Assembly: GCF_009914755.1 (NCBI RefSeq)
Contig: NC_060947.1
Length of the DNA stretch: 64,000 nt
From: the human T2T-CHM13v2.0 reference genome, Homo sapiens
Reading direction: 5' to 3' (one strand)
Position numbers and translations under genes: made by a program. Of this stretch, positions 42,501 to 55,786 are shown piece by piece. The notes beneath the pieces are model-generated. The model saw only the letters and a program-made list of their open reading frames with translations, was not told the DNA's origin and searched no databases. How positions within the stretch are numbered: the first letter of the stretch is position 1; each line of letters opens with the position of its first letter.

Positions 42501-43609
42501 TGCGCTCCATGCCTCCCATTGAGAGAGTGTTATTACCTTTAGGAGTGAAGACAGAAGCATGTTAATTTTCCATAATTCAGTGAAACAAAACATAGATCTG
42601 AAATCTCCCTCGGTGGAGTTCCTTTCTCATCTATAGTAATGGGGTTGCATTTTAATGAAAACAATTCAGTCCGTTCTAATGTAACCATCAGGGCAACACC
42701 AGCCTCACCAGATCCTGATTTGAGAAGATGGTCTTTTCATTTTGCTTGGTGTTGTGCAGGTGATAAAGAAACTCAAGTGTCTACGAGTGACCTTGATGGC
42801 AATGTTGCATTTAGTGCTAATGAGGGTGGCTTCACGGTCCAAGGATGAACGGGCTGGCAGTGGGGTTTCGGCAGCCTCAAGTATCCGTCCACTTCCCACA
42901 CTGACGGTAAGTGCTCACGGCTTATTTACGGCCTGCAAAGATGAAATACTGTCATACCTGGGCAAAGCTAACTTTGGCATGGAGACCAACTTTTAGACTC
43001 CAGTAAACTTTGCAGAATCACAGATGACAGGTCAGAACTGTGTTTCTTTCTCCTTGATGAGGTCGCTGATATCATGATGATTGAGAAATGTCTCCTGGCT
43101 AAAGATGGCAAATTTGACACACTCACTTAGCTCTTTCTCTTCTCAAAGCCTAATTATAGTCATAGTAAAAGGACTTTTCAAAAGGCCTAAGCCCACACAA
43201 CAAAGGGAACAGACAGGGACAACACAATTTTGGAAATGGGGAAGGAAAGACTAAGCAAAAGTGACTTAGCAGACTGTCTTGGTTTGGAGCCTCATCAAGG
43301 AGAGGGTTCAAGTGCAACTAGCTTATTCAAAAGGTGAAGGGAACACCTACAGCGACGTGGGCAAGTGAGACAGGGAGAAGAAGGCACCAGGAATGGGTGT
43401 ATCATCAAGCCAGTTACCACCAGGGGCAACTTGAACCTGACCTGCTGGGGAGATTCTGGAAGCCAAGGTAGAACACCTACCTTCATTAGATGGGTTCAAT
43501 AAAATTCTGAGGGAAACTTTCAGAAACTAAGAGCACAAAGAAATGGAGAACAGGAGAGGTCATTTAAAAAAAAGAAGAAGAAGAAAAAATAAGACCTGTC
43601 CAGTTTTCT

Positions 43610-45390
43610 CTTGACCCCACTTTTCCCACCAACTACTACATATTTTTTACTGTTTTGCAACAAAGATGATTATCTGTTGCTTGTCCCTCATTCTCTTCTA
43701 AACTGACATCAGTGAGGCATCCAGTCACCAGTAACTTTCATATTGCTAGACCAGTGGCCAGTTCTCAGGTGCCATGTGGTTTGCTCTCACAGCAGAGCCT
43801 GCATGTGCTGTGTTCGCATGGCTTCCCGACCTCACTCCTTCTTGCTTGTTTTGGCTTCTCCCTCCCGCCTCACTGATTGCTCTTTCTCAGCCTCCTGTTC
43901 TGGCCCTTCTTCTTCTCTTTGAGCTTTAAATGCTGAGTGCCTGAATATGGGACATTCTCCCTGAGGTCCAAACTCACTGTCTCCGTGGCTCTCATCCAGG
44001 GTGAGGTCTTGAAGATCATCCCTACTTTGAGGACTCTATGTCTGCAGATTAGAACTTTCCTCCTAATCCCAGACTAATCTGTCCAGCTGCACTTGTCACA
44101 TCCTCTGGATGTCTGTCATCTCAGACTCAAAATGTATAAAATTAGATGCCTCACCATCCCCCCAAATTCCACTTCACCACAGCCTTTCTCATCTCAGCAA
44201 TGCTAGGTCTTTCCTTTTAGTTGCTCAAACCAAAAATTTGCAATCATCTTAAACTCCTCTTTTTCTTTTCTCTTTCCACCTCCAATATAACAGGAAGTCC
44301 CACTGGCTCTCCCTTCAGGAGGTATTCAGAATGTGACCGTTTCTCTCCTTCATTGCTGCTGCTGTACCGAGAGTACCCACCTCATCTCTCGTGTACACTG
44401 CTACGGATATTCCCAACAGGCCTTCCTGCTTCTACACTCATACAGGCCGTCCTTAACTCTGGAGTGAGAGTAAGACTGTAAAGCTGTGTTAACTCATCAT
44501 CACCGCTCTGCCGAGAGGCCTGCTTGGGTCCCTCCATGACTCAGATGAAAAGCCAAAGCACCCCATCCCCACCCCAGAAATGGATAAGGGCCTTGTGATC
44601 TGTCTGCCTCATCACCTACGACTCTCCCTAGCTGTCAGTCTACTCCTGCCACTCTAATTCCCTGATGTTTCTTCAACATGCCAGGAACATGCTTACCTCA
44701 GAGCCTGCTGTGGACTGAAAAGTGTACCCCAAAATCCATCTGTGGAAGCCCTCATCCCTAATGGAAGGGTATCTGGAGATGAAGCGTTTGGAGGTGATTA
44801 ACTTAAGCTTAGTCAAGCTCAGAGGGCAGAGCCTCAGGATGGCATCAATGCCCTGGTAAGGATGAACACTGAGACCTGGCTGTCCCTCGCTCTCCACTGT
44901 GCAAGGACACAGTGAGATGGTGGCCACCCACAAGCCAGGAAGCAGGCACTCACCAGAAAACAAACCCTACGGGGCCTTGACACTGGCCCTTCCAGCCTCC
45001 AGAAAGGCTAGGAATAAATGTTTACTGTTTAAGTCCCTGGTCTGTGGGACTTTGTTATGGCAGCATGAGGGGCTGATTGAGAGCCTTTGCATGGCTCTTC
45101 ATTCCTCCCAGGATGAGATTTCCAACTCTTGGCTTCCTCACCCCCTCACATCATCATTTCATGTTGCAACCACCCACCCACTACCCCTGTCTCTCGCATT
45201 CTCATTTACTTTTTCTTTAATTTCATAAAACATATCACAAAGCCATTTGGTTATGCATGATGTTTATTGTCTATTTTCTGCCTCCCTGCTAGAGGGTAAG
45301 ATGCTCAAGAACACTGCTCTGTCTGCATCCCAGGACCCAGAAAATGTTTGACGCATGGTAAAACTTAGATACCTTTGTGTTTAATAAATT
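43610..45390 (+). mobile_element. L2 element interrupted by an MLT1 LTR
   Basis: Long pyrimidine-rich L2 motifs (ctggatgtctg ... catctcagactc, ggtattcagaatgtgacc). Confidence 0.7.
44707..45080 (+). mobile_element. MLT1A/B LTR
   Basis: tgctgtggactgaa ... ccccaaaatccat ... ttccagcctccagaa ... aataaatgtttactgtttaag. Confidence 0.85.
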
Positions 45391-46210
45391 AATTGAAGGG
45401 GTCTGCAGACTCTTCAGTACAATTGATTATAAAGACCCAAACCAGCCCCATCATTACTAAACTTTAATGAGGCAAGTAGGAGATCATTTTTCAGTGGGAA
45501 AAATCAGGTTCATTCAAAGTGTTGGGGAATCTAAATGCTGTCAAACTTCTCAACAGCAACCTTGAAAGCTAGGAGATAGATAATGCCTTCAAATGTCTAG
45601 AGGAAAAGATCTCTCACATAGCATTTTCTACTCAGCCCAACTTTTGTTCATGTAGGAGGGAAGAATAAAGGCATTTTCATACATGCATGTCGACTTGAAG
45701 CAGGTATTACCCATTCACCTTTTTGGGGGAGAGTACTCTAGTATATGATTTAACAAAACACATCTATAAACCAAGTAGCTCCAAGAAACAGTGACTTCAC
45801 CCAGGAAGGAAAGGAAGAGGCCGTCCAGGATGGCGATGACACCAGCAGTGAAGCAGCCCAGAGAGCACCGTGCTCAAACTGAGCCTGAAGACGAAGGATC
45901 CCAGAGTGGCGCCCATGAACACGCAAGAAAGAAATTATCAGACAAGGGGACACCCATTGACGGGGAAGTGTGCATCTGCAGGGGAGTTGCAAGATATACC
46001 AGTCCTAAGCACATTAAAAACGGGCAAAAAAAAAATGATTTCAACAAGATGATTACTGCTGAAGAAAACAAAGTTCATTAAAGGAAATGTAATTATAGTG
46101 CATTGTGTGTTCTAGCCAAGAGCACTATTTACATAATCATGATGCTATAAATATGTAATAATCATCTGCCACAAAATAAGATGTAACTAAGTTGGGGAAA
46201 GGTGAAGCCA

Positions 46211-46445
46211 GTGTGAGTGTGAGTGTGTCAATGTGTGTAAGAGTGTGTGTGAGAGAATGTGAGTGTGTGAATGTGTGTAAGAGTGTGTGTGTGAGAGAAT
46301 GTGAGTGTGTGAATGCTAGTGTCTCAAATGTGTGGAGTTTGTGTGACAGTGCAAGTGTGTGTGTGAGCAGATGTGTGTGAGACAGTCTGTGAGTGTATTT
46401 GAGTGTGCAAGTGTGTGCGAGTGTGTGAGTGTATGTGTGATGAGT
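46211..46445 (+). repeat. Degenerate (TG)n/(TGAG) low-complexity repeat
   Basis: Directly visible. Confidence 0.9.
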
Positions 46446-47099
46446 CACATTCATAAGCTGAATCATCTTCAAAAGATAAGATCTAAACCTAAAAATTCAA
46501 GTGATTGGATGAAAGCATTTGATTTTAAAATATGGAGTTAAATATCAAAAAAAGGTCCTTGCATCTGGGGAGCAAGAATCAAAAGTGGATAAGAAGGGTC
46601 GCAATTTTAATTTTTAATTTTAAGCACTGTAGTATCCTTGTTTTTAAACAACTGTTTACATGTATACGTGTGTGTGTGTGTATGTGTGTGTGTGTATCTT
46701 AGAGAAAATTAAGATTTTTTTTTCTGCTTTTTTTCCCTGCTTTTCTCAAGGGATCCACAATCCGGAGGGAAGACCCATAGGCTTCCCAGCATCCACACAG
46801 CATCATTCTCTTTGCCTCTGGTCTCTGCCAATGGCGCATGACTCCACTGGCCGTCCAGGAGGACAGGCCTGGGACTCTCTGTTACTCCACACCCACCCCA
46901 CCTCACAACTCCTTTCCCTAGATCTCTGCATATCTCATTCCTTCTTGTCCTTCAAATTCAGGGCACACCTCTATCCTGCTCCCTCATAGAAAGGTCGTCC
47001 CTCTCTCTCCTTCCCTTCCTTAAACTGTTACTGTGCTTGCTGTATGTCTTCCATGGTCTTTGCCGTTTTCTAAATGCAGTTATATCCATTTGTGGCTGT

Positions 47100-48040
47100 G
47101 TCCTATTCACTTCTGGTGAGTTCTTCAAAGTCAGTTTGAAATTCTAGAACATATCCACATAGAGGAACACTATTCTATTAGTACTTTTAAAGATCCACTC
47201 TTCTTTTAATGTTCCTATTCAATGTCTGTTTTTTGTAACTTCTATTGTCATCATAATATATCCTCATCTCTGTTTTGTTTGGAAATATTCTTCTGTACCT
47301 CTTATAACTACTTAATTGGACACTGAGATCATTAGTGTGTAAGTTTCCTTATTTTCCAGATTATGCATTTAAAGCTTAAATTTTTCTCTCCGAGCTGCTT
47401 TTTCTGGATTATGTTAATATTTTGTGTAGTATTTTTAGCATTTACTTTGAAATGTTTTGATTTCCCTAATGAATTCTTTTTGACTTGTAAGCTATTATTA
47501 ATAGGTATATTGTTAAATGTTTGAATATTGTTATAAGCTTAAAATATTTTTGTGGTTTGAAAAAATGATCCTTATGATAGCAACTCTCTGCAATTTCCCA
47601 GACCTAGCACATGGCCTGTCGTGGTCTATGCCCCATATGAGCTTACTTTCTCTAATAAGTGGCAGCATTGATCTAGTTAATGAAACATGCTTTAATTTCA
47701 TTTTTAAAATAATTTCAACATTTGATATTTTATTTATTTGATTTGTTGAAAATTGAGAGAGGAATGTTAAAAACTCACACTATGATTTTATATATATATA
47801 TTAATTTCTGTCTGTAGTTTTGAATTTTCTTGGTTTATGAATTTTAGGTGTGTTTTATTAAGCACAAATGAGCTTAGAAATGTCATATCATTCTTATAAG
47901 TAGTAACTTTAATCATTTTATATACATTTTTATCCATGACAATTATTTTGACTCAATATAAACTTTCTGCATTTTATAGAGCCGTCTCCTCTTCCTTTGG
48001 TTCTTATTGCCTGCTGTATTTTTTCCCATCTGTTTTATTA
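47100..48040 (-). mobile_element. Ancient L1M fragment
   Basis: T-rich antisense L1 ORF2-like sequence. Confidence 0.6.
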
Positions 48041-48044
48041 ATAG

Positions 48045-48550
48045 TTGTTTACAGCTGCATAACAGATACCCTAAAATTCTGTGGCTTTAGTACAATCTAA
48101 CCTTGTTCTACAGTTTCTTTGGGTTAGGAATCTGAATGTGGCTTAGTTGGGTGCCTCTGGTTAGCAGTGTCTCATGAGGCTGCACTGAAAGTAGTGGCTG
48201 TGGCTGCAGTCTCATCTGAACGTGTGGCTGGGGGAGGACTTGATTCCAAACTCACTCACCTGGTTACTGGCAGGACTAAGCATCTTGTAGGCTGTTCACT
48301 AGGGACTTCTCTCAGATCATTGACCCATGGGATTCTTTTCAGAACAGCTTATAAAATGGCATCTGGCTTCAATCAGATGAGCAAATGAGGAAGTGAGAGT
48401 GAGCAAACCAGTAACCTAATCTCAGAAGCAGCATCCCTCCAACTTTTCTGTATTCCGTGCATTAGAATCAAGTCTCCAGGTCTCTGGGACCAGCCCACAT
48501 ACAAGGGAAGGGAATTGCAAAAGGATGTGAAGATTGCAGGGACCATTTAA
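48045..48550 (-). mobile_element. MLT1-family LTR
   Basis: gctgcataacagataccc ... tggcttagttgggtgcctctgg ... ttccaaactcactcac. Confidence 0.75.
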
Positions 48551-48971
48551 GCTGTTCTTTCATTTGTTACAACTGCAGGTGTCTATTGTGTTGTATTTCT
48601 TTCTGCTCTTTCACTTTGGAAAGTGCACTTGGGAAATCCCATTTTAGGGTGGTGACTTTGAGGTCCTGGAAGATGACAAGGTCCTCTCGTCAAAAGCCAT
48701 CAGTTTTGTCCAGGCTTCTGAGGGGATTGGGCTGGGCAGGGGTGTAAGCGATTTTTAATTCCCTGAAGTGGATTAAAAATGTCCTCAGATTCTTTGCAGG
48801 TCTTTCACCCAAAAGGAGAGTCTATTTCTCCACCCCTTCACTTCTGGGGTCATTTGCTTTGACAAGTAGAATGGGTCTTTGCAAACCTTCTAATCAGCAT
48901 CTCCAGAGCCTTTGCAACTTCCACCCTGGTACAATCACTGTATGTGTGTTTATTAAATTATGTGACTCTTT

Positions 48972-49095
48972 GCCATGCATGGTGGTGGCTCATGCTTGTA
49001 ATCCCAGCACTTTAGTAGGATGAGGCAGTAGGATTGCTTGAGGCCAGGAGTTCAAGACAAGCCTGGGCAATATAGTGAAACCCGTCTATACAACA
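48972..49095 (+). mobile_element. FLAM/AluJ left monomer
   Basis: gtggctcatgcttgtaatcccagcac ... gaggccaggagttcaagac. Confidence 0.85.
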
Positions 49096-50129
49096 AGTTT
49101 TTTTTTTTTTTTTTGAGACACAATCCGAGATTGTGTAACAATTATTCAAGCCTTACGGAAGCACATAGAGAGTAACAGTTTCTGTCACCTCAGTGATGGT
49201 CTGTATTAGAAATGTGATAGATGCCACCGGAAAGCTCTTTCCTGCCCTGTCCGTGTGCTAATGTTGATCTCGCAGTGGTGTGAGCGTATGTTGCTCTGTA
49301 GCACTGTCCACTTAACAGTATAGCCAGACAGTGATTTCATCATGGAACTGAAGGTGGAGATGCATGAAGCCTGTAGATAAGTCTGCATCATCTGTGCTTC
49401 ATACAGCATCAGCTATCCTCCCCATTCAGAAATGTGATTGACAAACCCCTTAGCTACTGATTGCCCTACTTCTTTAGACCGGATGTAGCTGAAATTCTGG
49501 TTCCTCAATGATCACTTTTGTGAAGTCTTCATTTTGAGGAGCAACAATGTTGGATTATAGGGTAAATCTGAGTGTTCAAATTTATATTTAATTTAAGCAC
49601 CACTGAAAGATTCAAAAGAACAATATGCACTACTGATTTTATTAAAAAGTATCTAGCCTGTATTTAAAGTGAATTGATTTTTTTCTTCATATTACATTAT
49701 TCATTTTATTATAATCATTAATACAATATTATCCATCTTGTTGTCCCATATATTATGGCATTTCCCCCATATGTGAATATATTACCACATAGAAGGAAAT
49801 GACCCCATATTCCTAATACATAATTAGATACATGAGTTGATCTCTTTACAGGCAAAAATGTACCTCCTCCATTAAATATTAAAGGGAAGGGAACAATATA
49901 ATACTCCACACTTGAATCTTGTAGCTCCAAACTCAGACAGAAATGTTGCTAATTTGCACATTTTATATGGTACTGAAGACTGCCACATTAAGGAGTGTTT
50001 TTATTGTAGGCCACTGTCATCAAATCAACTTTGCATAAGAAAACTTATGAAAATACAAACCGTTCTGTCCTCACAACTTCAGTCCACCACACTGGCAAAT
50101 GGAGTCACACCTGCATGCTCATAGTTTAT

Positions 50130-52520
50130 CACCAGAAACTAAAAAGCTACTAGAAGAAAACTGTGGGGAAATGCTTGAGGACACTGGTCTGGGCAAAGAT
50201 TTTTTGAGTAAGCCGTCCAAAGCACAGGCAGCAAAAGCAAAGTAGACAAATGGAGTCACATGGAGCTCAAAAGCTTCTGCACAGTAAAAGAAACAATCAA
50301 CGAAGAGACAACCTAAAGAACTGAAGAAAATATTTGCAAACTATACATCCAACTAGAGATTAATAACCAGAATATATAATGAACTCAAACAACTCAATAG
50401 CAAAATAATAGTCATAATAATCTGATTGTAAAATGGACAAAAGATCAGAATAGACATTTCTCAAAAGAAGACATACAAATGAGCAACCGGTATATGAAAA
50501 AATGCTCAACATCATCAATCATCAGGCAAATCCAATTAAAACCACAATGAGGTATCATCTCACCCTGGGTAGAATAGCTCTTATCAAACAGGTTGAAGAT
50601 AACAGATGCTGATGAGGATGGAGAGAAAGGGAAGAGCTCTTACACTATTGGTGGGAACACAGAGTACTACAGCCATCATGGAAATAGATGTTCCTCAATA
50701 AACTAAAACTAGAAGTATCATATGGACCAGCAACCCCACGGTTGCATATATATATCTCAGAGAAAGGAATAAGTATGTCGAAGAGGTATCTACACTCCCA
50801 TGTTTATCATAGCACCATTCACAATAGCCAAATGATGCCATCGACCTGTTGTTGCGGGAAGTCAGGGACCCCGAACGGAGGGACCAGCTGGAGCCACGGC
50901 AGAGGAACATAAATTGTGAAGATTTCATTTTAACATGGACATTTATCACTTCCGTAATAATACTCTTATAATTTCTTAAGCCTGTCTTTACTTCAATCTC
51001 TGAACGTAAATTTTGAAGATTTCATTTTAATATGGACATGTATCAGTTCCCAAAATTAATACTTTTATAATTTCTTATGCCTGTCTTACTTTAATCTCTT
51101 AATCCTGTTATGTTCATAAGATGAGGATGTACATCACCTCAGGACCACTGTGATGATTGTGTTAACTGTACAAATTGATTGTAAAATGTATGTGTTTGAA
51201 CAATATGAAATCAGTGCTCCTTGAAAAAGAATAGAGTAACAGCGATTTTCAGGGAACAAGGGAAGACAACCATAAGGTCTGACTGCCTGTGGGGTCGGGC
51301 AGAATAGAGCCATATTTTTCTTCTTGCAGAGAGCCTATAAATGGACGTGCAAGTAGGGAAGATATCACTAAATTCTTTTCCTAGCCAGGAATATTAATAG
51401 TTAAGGCCCTGGGAAAAGAATGCATTCCTGGTGGGAGGTCTATAAACGGCCACTCTGGGAGTGTCTGTCTTATGAGGTTGAGATAAGGACTGAAATACGC
51501 CCTGGTCTCCTGCAGTACCCTCAGGCTTACTAGGATTGGGAAACCCCACCCTGGTAAATTTAAGGTCAGACCGGTTCTCTGCTCTCGAACCCTATTTTCT
51601 GTTGTTTAAGATGTTTATCAAGACAATACGTGCAGAGCTGAACATAGACCCTTATCAGTAGTTCTGTTTTGTCCTTGTCCTGTTTCCTCAGAAGCATGTG
51701 ATCTTTGTTCTCCTTTTTGCCCTTTGAAGCATGTGATCTTGTGACCTGCTCCCTGTTCTTGCACCCCCTCCCCTTTTGAAAACCTTACGAAAACTTGCTG
51801 GCTTTAAGGCTCAGGTGGGCATCACAGTCCTACCGATATGTGATGTCACCCCCAGAGGCCCAGCTGTAAAATTCCTCTCTTTGTACTCTCTCTCTTTATT
51901 TCTCAGCCAGCCGACACTTATGGAAAATAGAAAGAACCTATGTTGAAATATTGGGGGTGAGGTCCCCCAATAACCTGTGATCATCGACAGATGAATGGAT
52001 AAAAGAAATGCACTATATATCACAATGGAATATTATTGAGCCATAAAAAGAATGACATCCTGTCATTTGCAGCAACATGAATGCAACTGGAAAACACTAC
52101 GTTTAGTGAAATAAGCCGGGCACAGGAAGACACATGTCACGTGTTCTCACTCATATGTCAGAGCTAAAAAAAACTGATCTTATAGAGGTAGTGAATAGAA
52201 TGGTGGTTACCAGAGGTGGTTACCAGGAAAGACAGGGAGGAAGGAACGTTGGACAACAGATACAAACATACAGTTAGACAGAGGAAATGAGTCCTAGTCT
52301 TCAATAGCACGGTAGAGTGACTATAGTTAACCAGAATTATCACATATTTGAAAATACTTGGAAGATTTGCAATATTCTCAACAGGTAGAAATGATAAAAG
52401 TTTGAGGTGCTAAATATCCCAACTACCCTGATTGGATCTTTACACAGTGTATTCATGTATCAAAATGTCACACTTACCCCATATATATTTACAACTATTA
52501 CATAGCAGTAAAAATCATGA
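50130..52520 (+). mobile_element. L1MA 3' segment interrupted by a MER11 LTR
   Basis: Sense L1 ORF2 end and 3' UTR continuing on both sides of the LTR. Confidence 0.88.
50850..51972 (+). mobile_element. MER11 solo LTR (HERV-K11/HML-8), ~1.12 kb
   Basis: Starts tgttgcgggaagtcagggaccccgaacggaggg, ends ggtcccccaata; perfect 6-bp TSD ACCTGT (50844-50849 and 51973-51978). Confidence 0.93.
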
Positions 52521-53509
52521 CAATATCAGTAATTAACAGCTAACTTTTATTTGACATGTATGATCTGTCTAAGCTTTTCACCATCATTGTTTCCTCTGAC
52601 ACTCACAATATTCCCACGACACAGATACCATCATCACTGTCAGTTTTACAAATAAGAATAAGAAGAAGTGATTCCAATGTGCTTTGGTTGAGCAGCACTG
52701 AGAGAGCCCCGATTCATCTGGATAAGAATGCAATGCACTGCTTGGTTAATTTTACACCTCAGAGCTTTTGTACTGTGAGTGCAATAAATCTGGTGTGTGC
52801 ACAGAAATCAGGGCAGAGTTAAGGTCCTCCTAAGGAGTGAGTCAAGTATTTTTTGATTTGGCCAGATCAGCTTTCTTTAGATATCTGCACAAAAATACTA
52901 ACCTGCCAATCCCAGATGGAATTTTAACTAACATCAGGGAGACGAGATGGCCACTTCCCTCAGGTGTAAGAAGACCCCTCTCCAACAGGCAGAGGCAACA
53001 GACTGCATTTATTCTGGGTTTCAGTTGCTGAAGGAAACGATTTGCCACTGGTTTGTGGGCACATTTTCTTGGAAGCTAACTTTGCCCGTTACCTCTAAAT
53101 TTTGTTCAGTGCATCGTTGTTATAAAGACATACTTAGATTTTTGTGATTGTACATTTCAATAATTCAGTTGTTGAGTGAGACAATCTTAGGAGACATAAT
53201 GTTCTTGATGTCAGCCATTTTTCAAAGGAGGTGTTTATTATGGAACTAAAGGAAACTATGTGCTTCAATCTATCAACTAGACTATAAAAGAGCTAACTGC
53301 AATTTTCAAGAATATGTATTTAGTAAAAGGTATTTGACTTACCATTTCTGGGAGAGAAGTAAATTTTTACATTTGTTTTATTGTGACTTGTTTCTGATAT
53401 TCTGACTTAAAATTTCATGGTCACAAAAAAGTATAAATTAAATGTTCTCTTTATGAAAAATAAAGTACTGGCTACGCACAGGTGACATGAGAAAAATAGT
53501 CACTAAAAA

Positions 53510-53722
53510 GTGGTAACCAAGAGGGAATCCTGAAGTAATCTACGGACTTGGGGTGATAATGATGTGTCAGTGTAAGTTCATGATGGGTAACAAAGGTACC
53601 ACTCTGGTGGGGGATATTGACAGTGGGGAATGCCATTGTGGGAGAACAGGGGCAAATGGGAAATCTCAGGACTTTCAGATCAATTTGTTGTAAACTGAAA
53701 ATTATTCTAAAAACTAAAGTCA
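53510..53722 (+). mobile_element. L1MB/MC 3'-end fragment
   Basis: ggacttggggtgataatgatgtgtcagtgtaagttcat ... ttctaaaaactaaagt. Confidence 0.75.
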
Positions 53723-55285
53723 TATATATGTGTGAGTGTGTGTGTATGTGCACGCACATGTCTATTTACAAACACACACACGTATATATGTATATATACA
53801 TATTATACACAAACTTACACACATCCCTAATAACTTTTCAGAGCAAAAACTTCTTCCTTTCAGAATATCTGCCAAAGTGACTTCAAGTATGCAGTTACTC
53901 ATCTGAGGTAGCAAGGGGTGGCATAAATATCAACCATTCCATCATTAAGTACACTGTGTCCTAACTCTTGTCCTTCCACTGTAGAATAAATATTTACATA
54001 GCTCAGTATGAATATCAGAAGTCTCACAAGGACCTCTGGAGTGCTTATTTTGCCTCTGTGACTACTGAAAAAGTTCTCAAATAATGATCTTCTTAGAAAC
54101 TTGATGTAGTACTTATATATCAATACACGCTTTGGATAAAAGAAAAATCCTTTACCAAAATGCACTTTAGGAATTAAATGAACCTCATAATGTCCAATAT
54201 TGGATCATGACAGAGGACTCATTTTTCCTATATAAGTGATATAAAACTAAATATATATGTGTGTGTATGTGTGTGTGTAAATTCATGTCTATTTACACAC
54301 ACACACATATGTAAATATACACATTATACACACACATACACACACCCCTAATAACTTTTCAGGGCAAAAACTGCAACTTTAGGAATTAAATGCCCCTCAT
54401 AATGTAGAAAAACAGAATCTGTATGAACTTGGTTTTTTAAAACTTGGGAAACCTTGAAAAGATAAAAGTGGTATAGCAGGGCCAATTAAAATGAAAATCA
54501 CAAAGAAAAATCAGAGGAAGTGGCTCCTCTCCTCCCAATGGGAGTATGGGGTTTTGAATGATTCATGAACACAATTTCAGAAACTCTGCAAAAGAATACG
54601 TTTAACTGACTTACTCCAAAATTATTCTGAATTTCATACTTACTATATAAAATGTTTCCAAATGAAGATTTTGTATGTTGTTACATGTAAAAATTGCACA
54701 TTGCAAAAAGACAGGTAGACAAATTGATGATTCAAGTTTTCAGATCCATGTATACCTAAACTTCCATGTACTCCATGAATATTAAACTTGAAAGACAAAG
54801 CACTCTACATAATTTATCTTGCCACAGATGAGAAATACTTGTAATCATAAGTAATTAAGTATACATACATGTTAATAAAATACTTTCAATCAATGCTCAG
54901 GGGAGGTATCATTGAATGGTGAACCAAAACAAATTAAATGGCATTTTGATGTCTTTGTGGAAATGACATATCCACAAACCAGTGGCTCAGCACTGATAAA
55001 CATATATCTTGTTCAGTTGTCTTAATCATTTGTAGTAAAGTTTTTCAAGAACACAGACTTTAACTTACTTTAGTAATTTTGATAAGGCTACAGAGTATTT
55101 TTAAATCATACTTTTATTGGAATGTGCTGTTTAAGCTAATGAGTAAATACAAAAGAATGCACAGATAATATAGTCTTCTTTTATTGTTGTCCGTAAAAGA
55201 GAAAAATGTACCCTTCCATGCCCGTGCTTTCCACATTTTGAGACTGATACAGACCCACAGAGGCCACACCTAAAAGTATATTATC

Positions 55286-55291
55286 TTTAAT
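55286..55291 (-). terminator. Candidate ATTAAA polyadenylation signal of copy D
   Basis: tttaat on + strand, ~230 nt past the terminal-exon TGA, followed by T/G-rich sequence on the - strand. Confidence 0.35.
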
Positions 55292-55517
55292 GTTACAACT
55301 TAATTAACCATTATATAACTGAACAATTGCTGCTACTCACATAACTGTGTTTAGGGTTCATTCCACAGAAACGAGGTTTTGCACTTAACAAACCAATTAA
55401 TGATAAATGAGGTATACTGGTTTGTACAAGAATTATCAAAACACTGTCAGTGTGGTTTAGTGTAGCTGGAGTTATGCTTGTATCATATAACATGGGTTCA
55501 AGTTATTTCTTCAGTCA

Positions 55518-55571
55518 TCAGAACAACAGAGGTTGAAGAGACAACTGAATAAGTGCCAACTCTTGCTGCAG
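55518..55571 (-). pseudogene. Copy D vestigial exon 9: LQQELALIQLSLQPLLF*
   Basis: Homologous to the SYCP3 C-terminus; acceptor AG changed to AA, with another CAG six bases downstream. Confidence 0.85.
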
Positions 55572-55681
55572 TTGTTTCAAAAAAAAGAAATTTAAGGAAT
55601 TCTGATACATATTCCTACAAATACAGTATTCCAGTGCTTACATCAATCCTGAGTTTTTCAGATTAAATATGTACTACTTAC

Positions 55682-55786
55682 AGTCTCCGACACAATTTTA
55701 TTTTGGAACACGGCGATTTATTTTTTAAGTTGACTTTCTTCATCAAAAAGAGTTGTTTCATAATACTCTTCCGAATCCTCGATGCT
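55682..55786 (-). pseudogene. Copy D exon 8: SIEDSEEYYETTLFDEESQLKK*IAVFQNKIVSET
   Basis: 105 nt with intact AG/GT; TAA (55718-55720) falls where remembered FAM9B ends ([22 protein letters not shown]). Confidence 0.9.

Noticed and set aside
49098-49120. T-run plus gagaca directly after a FLAM
   Set aside because: Probably a severely truncated antisense Alu tail; too short to call.
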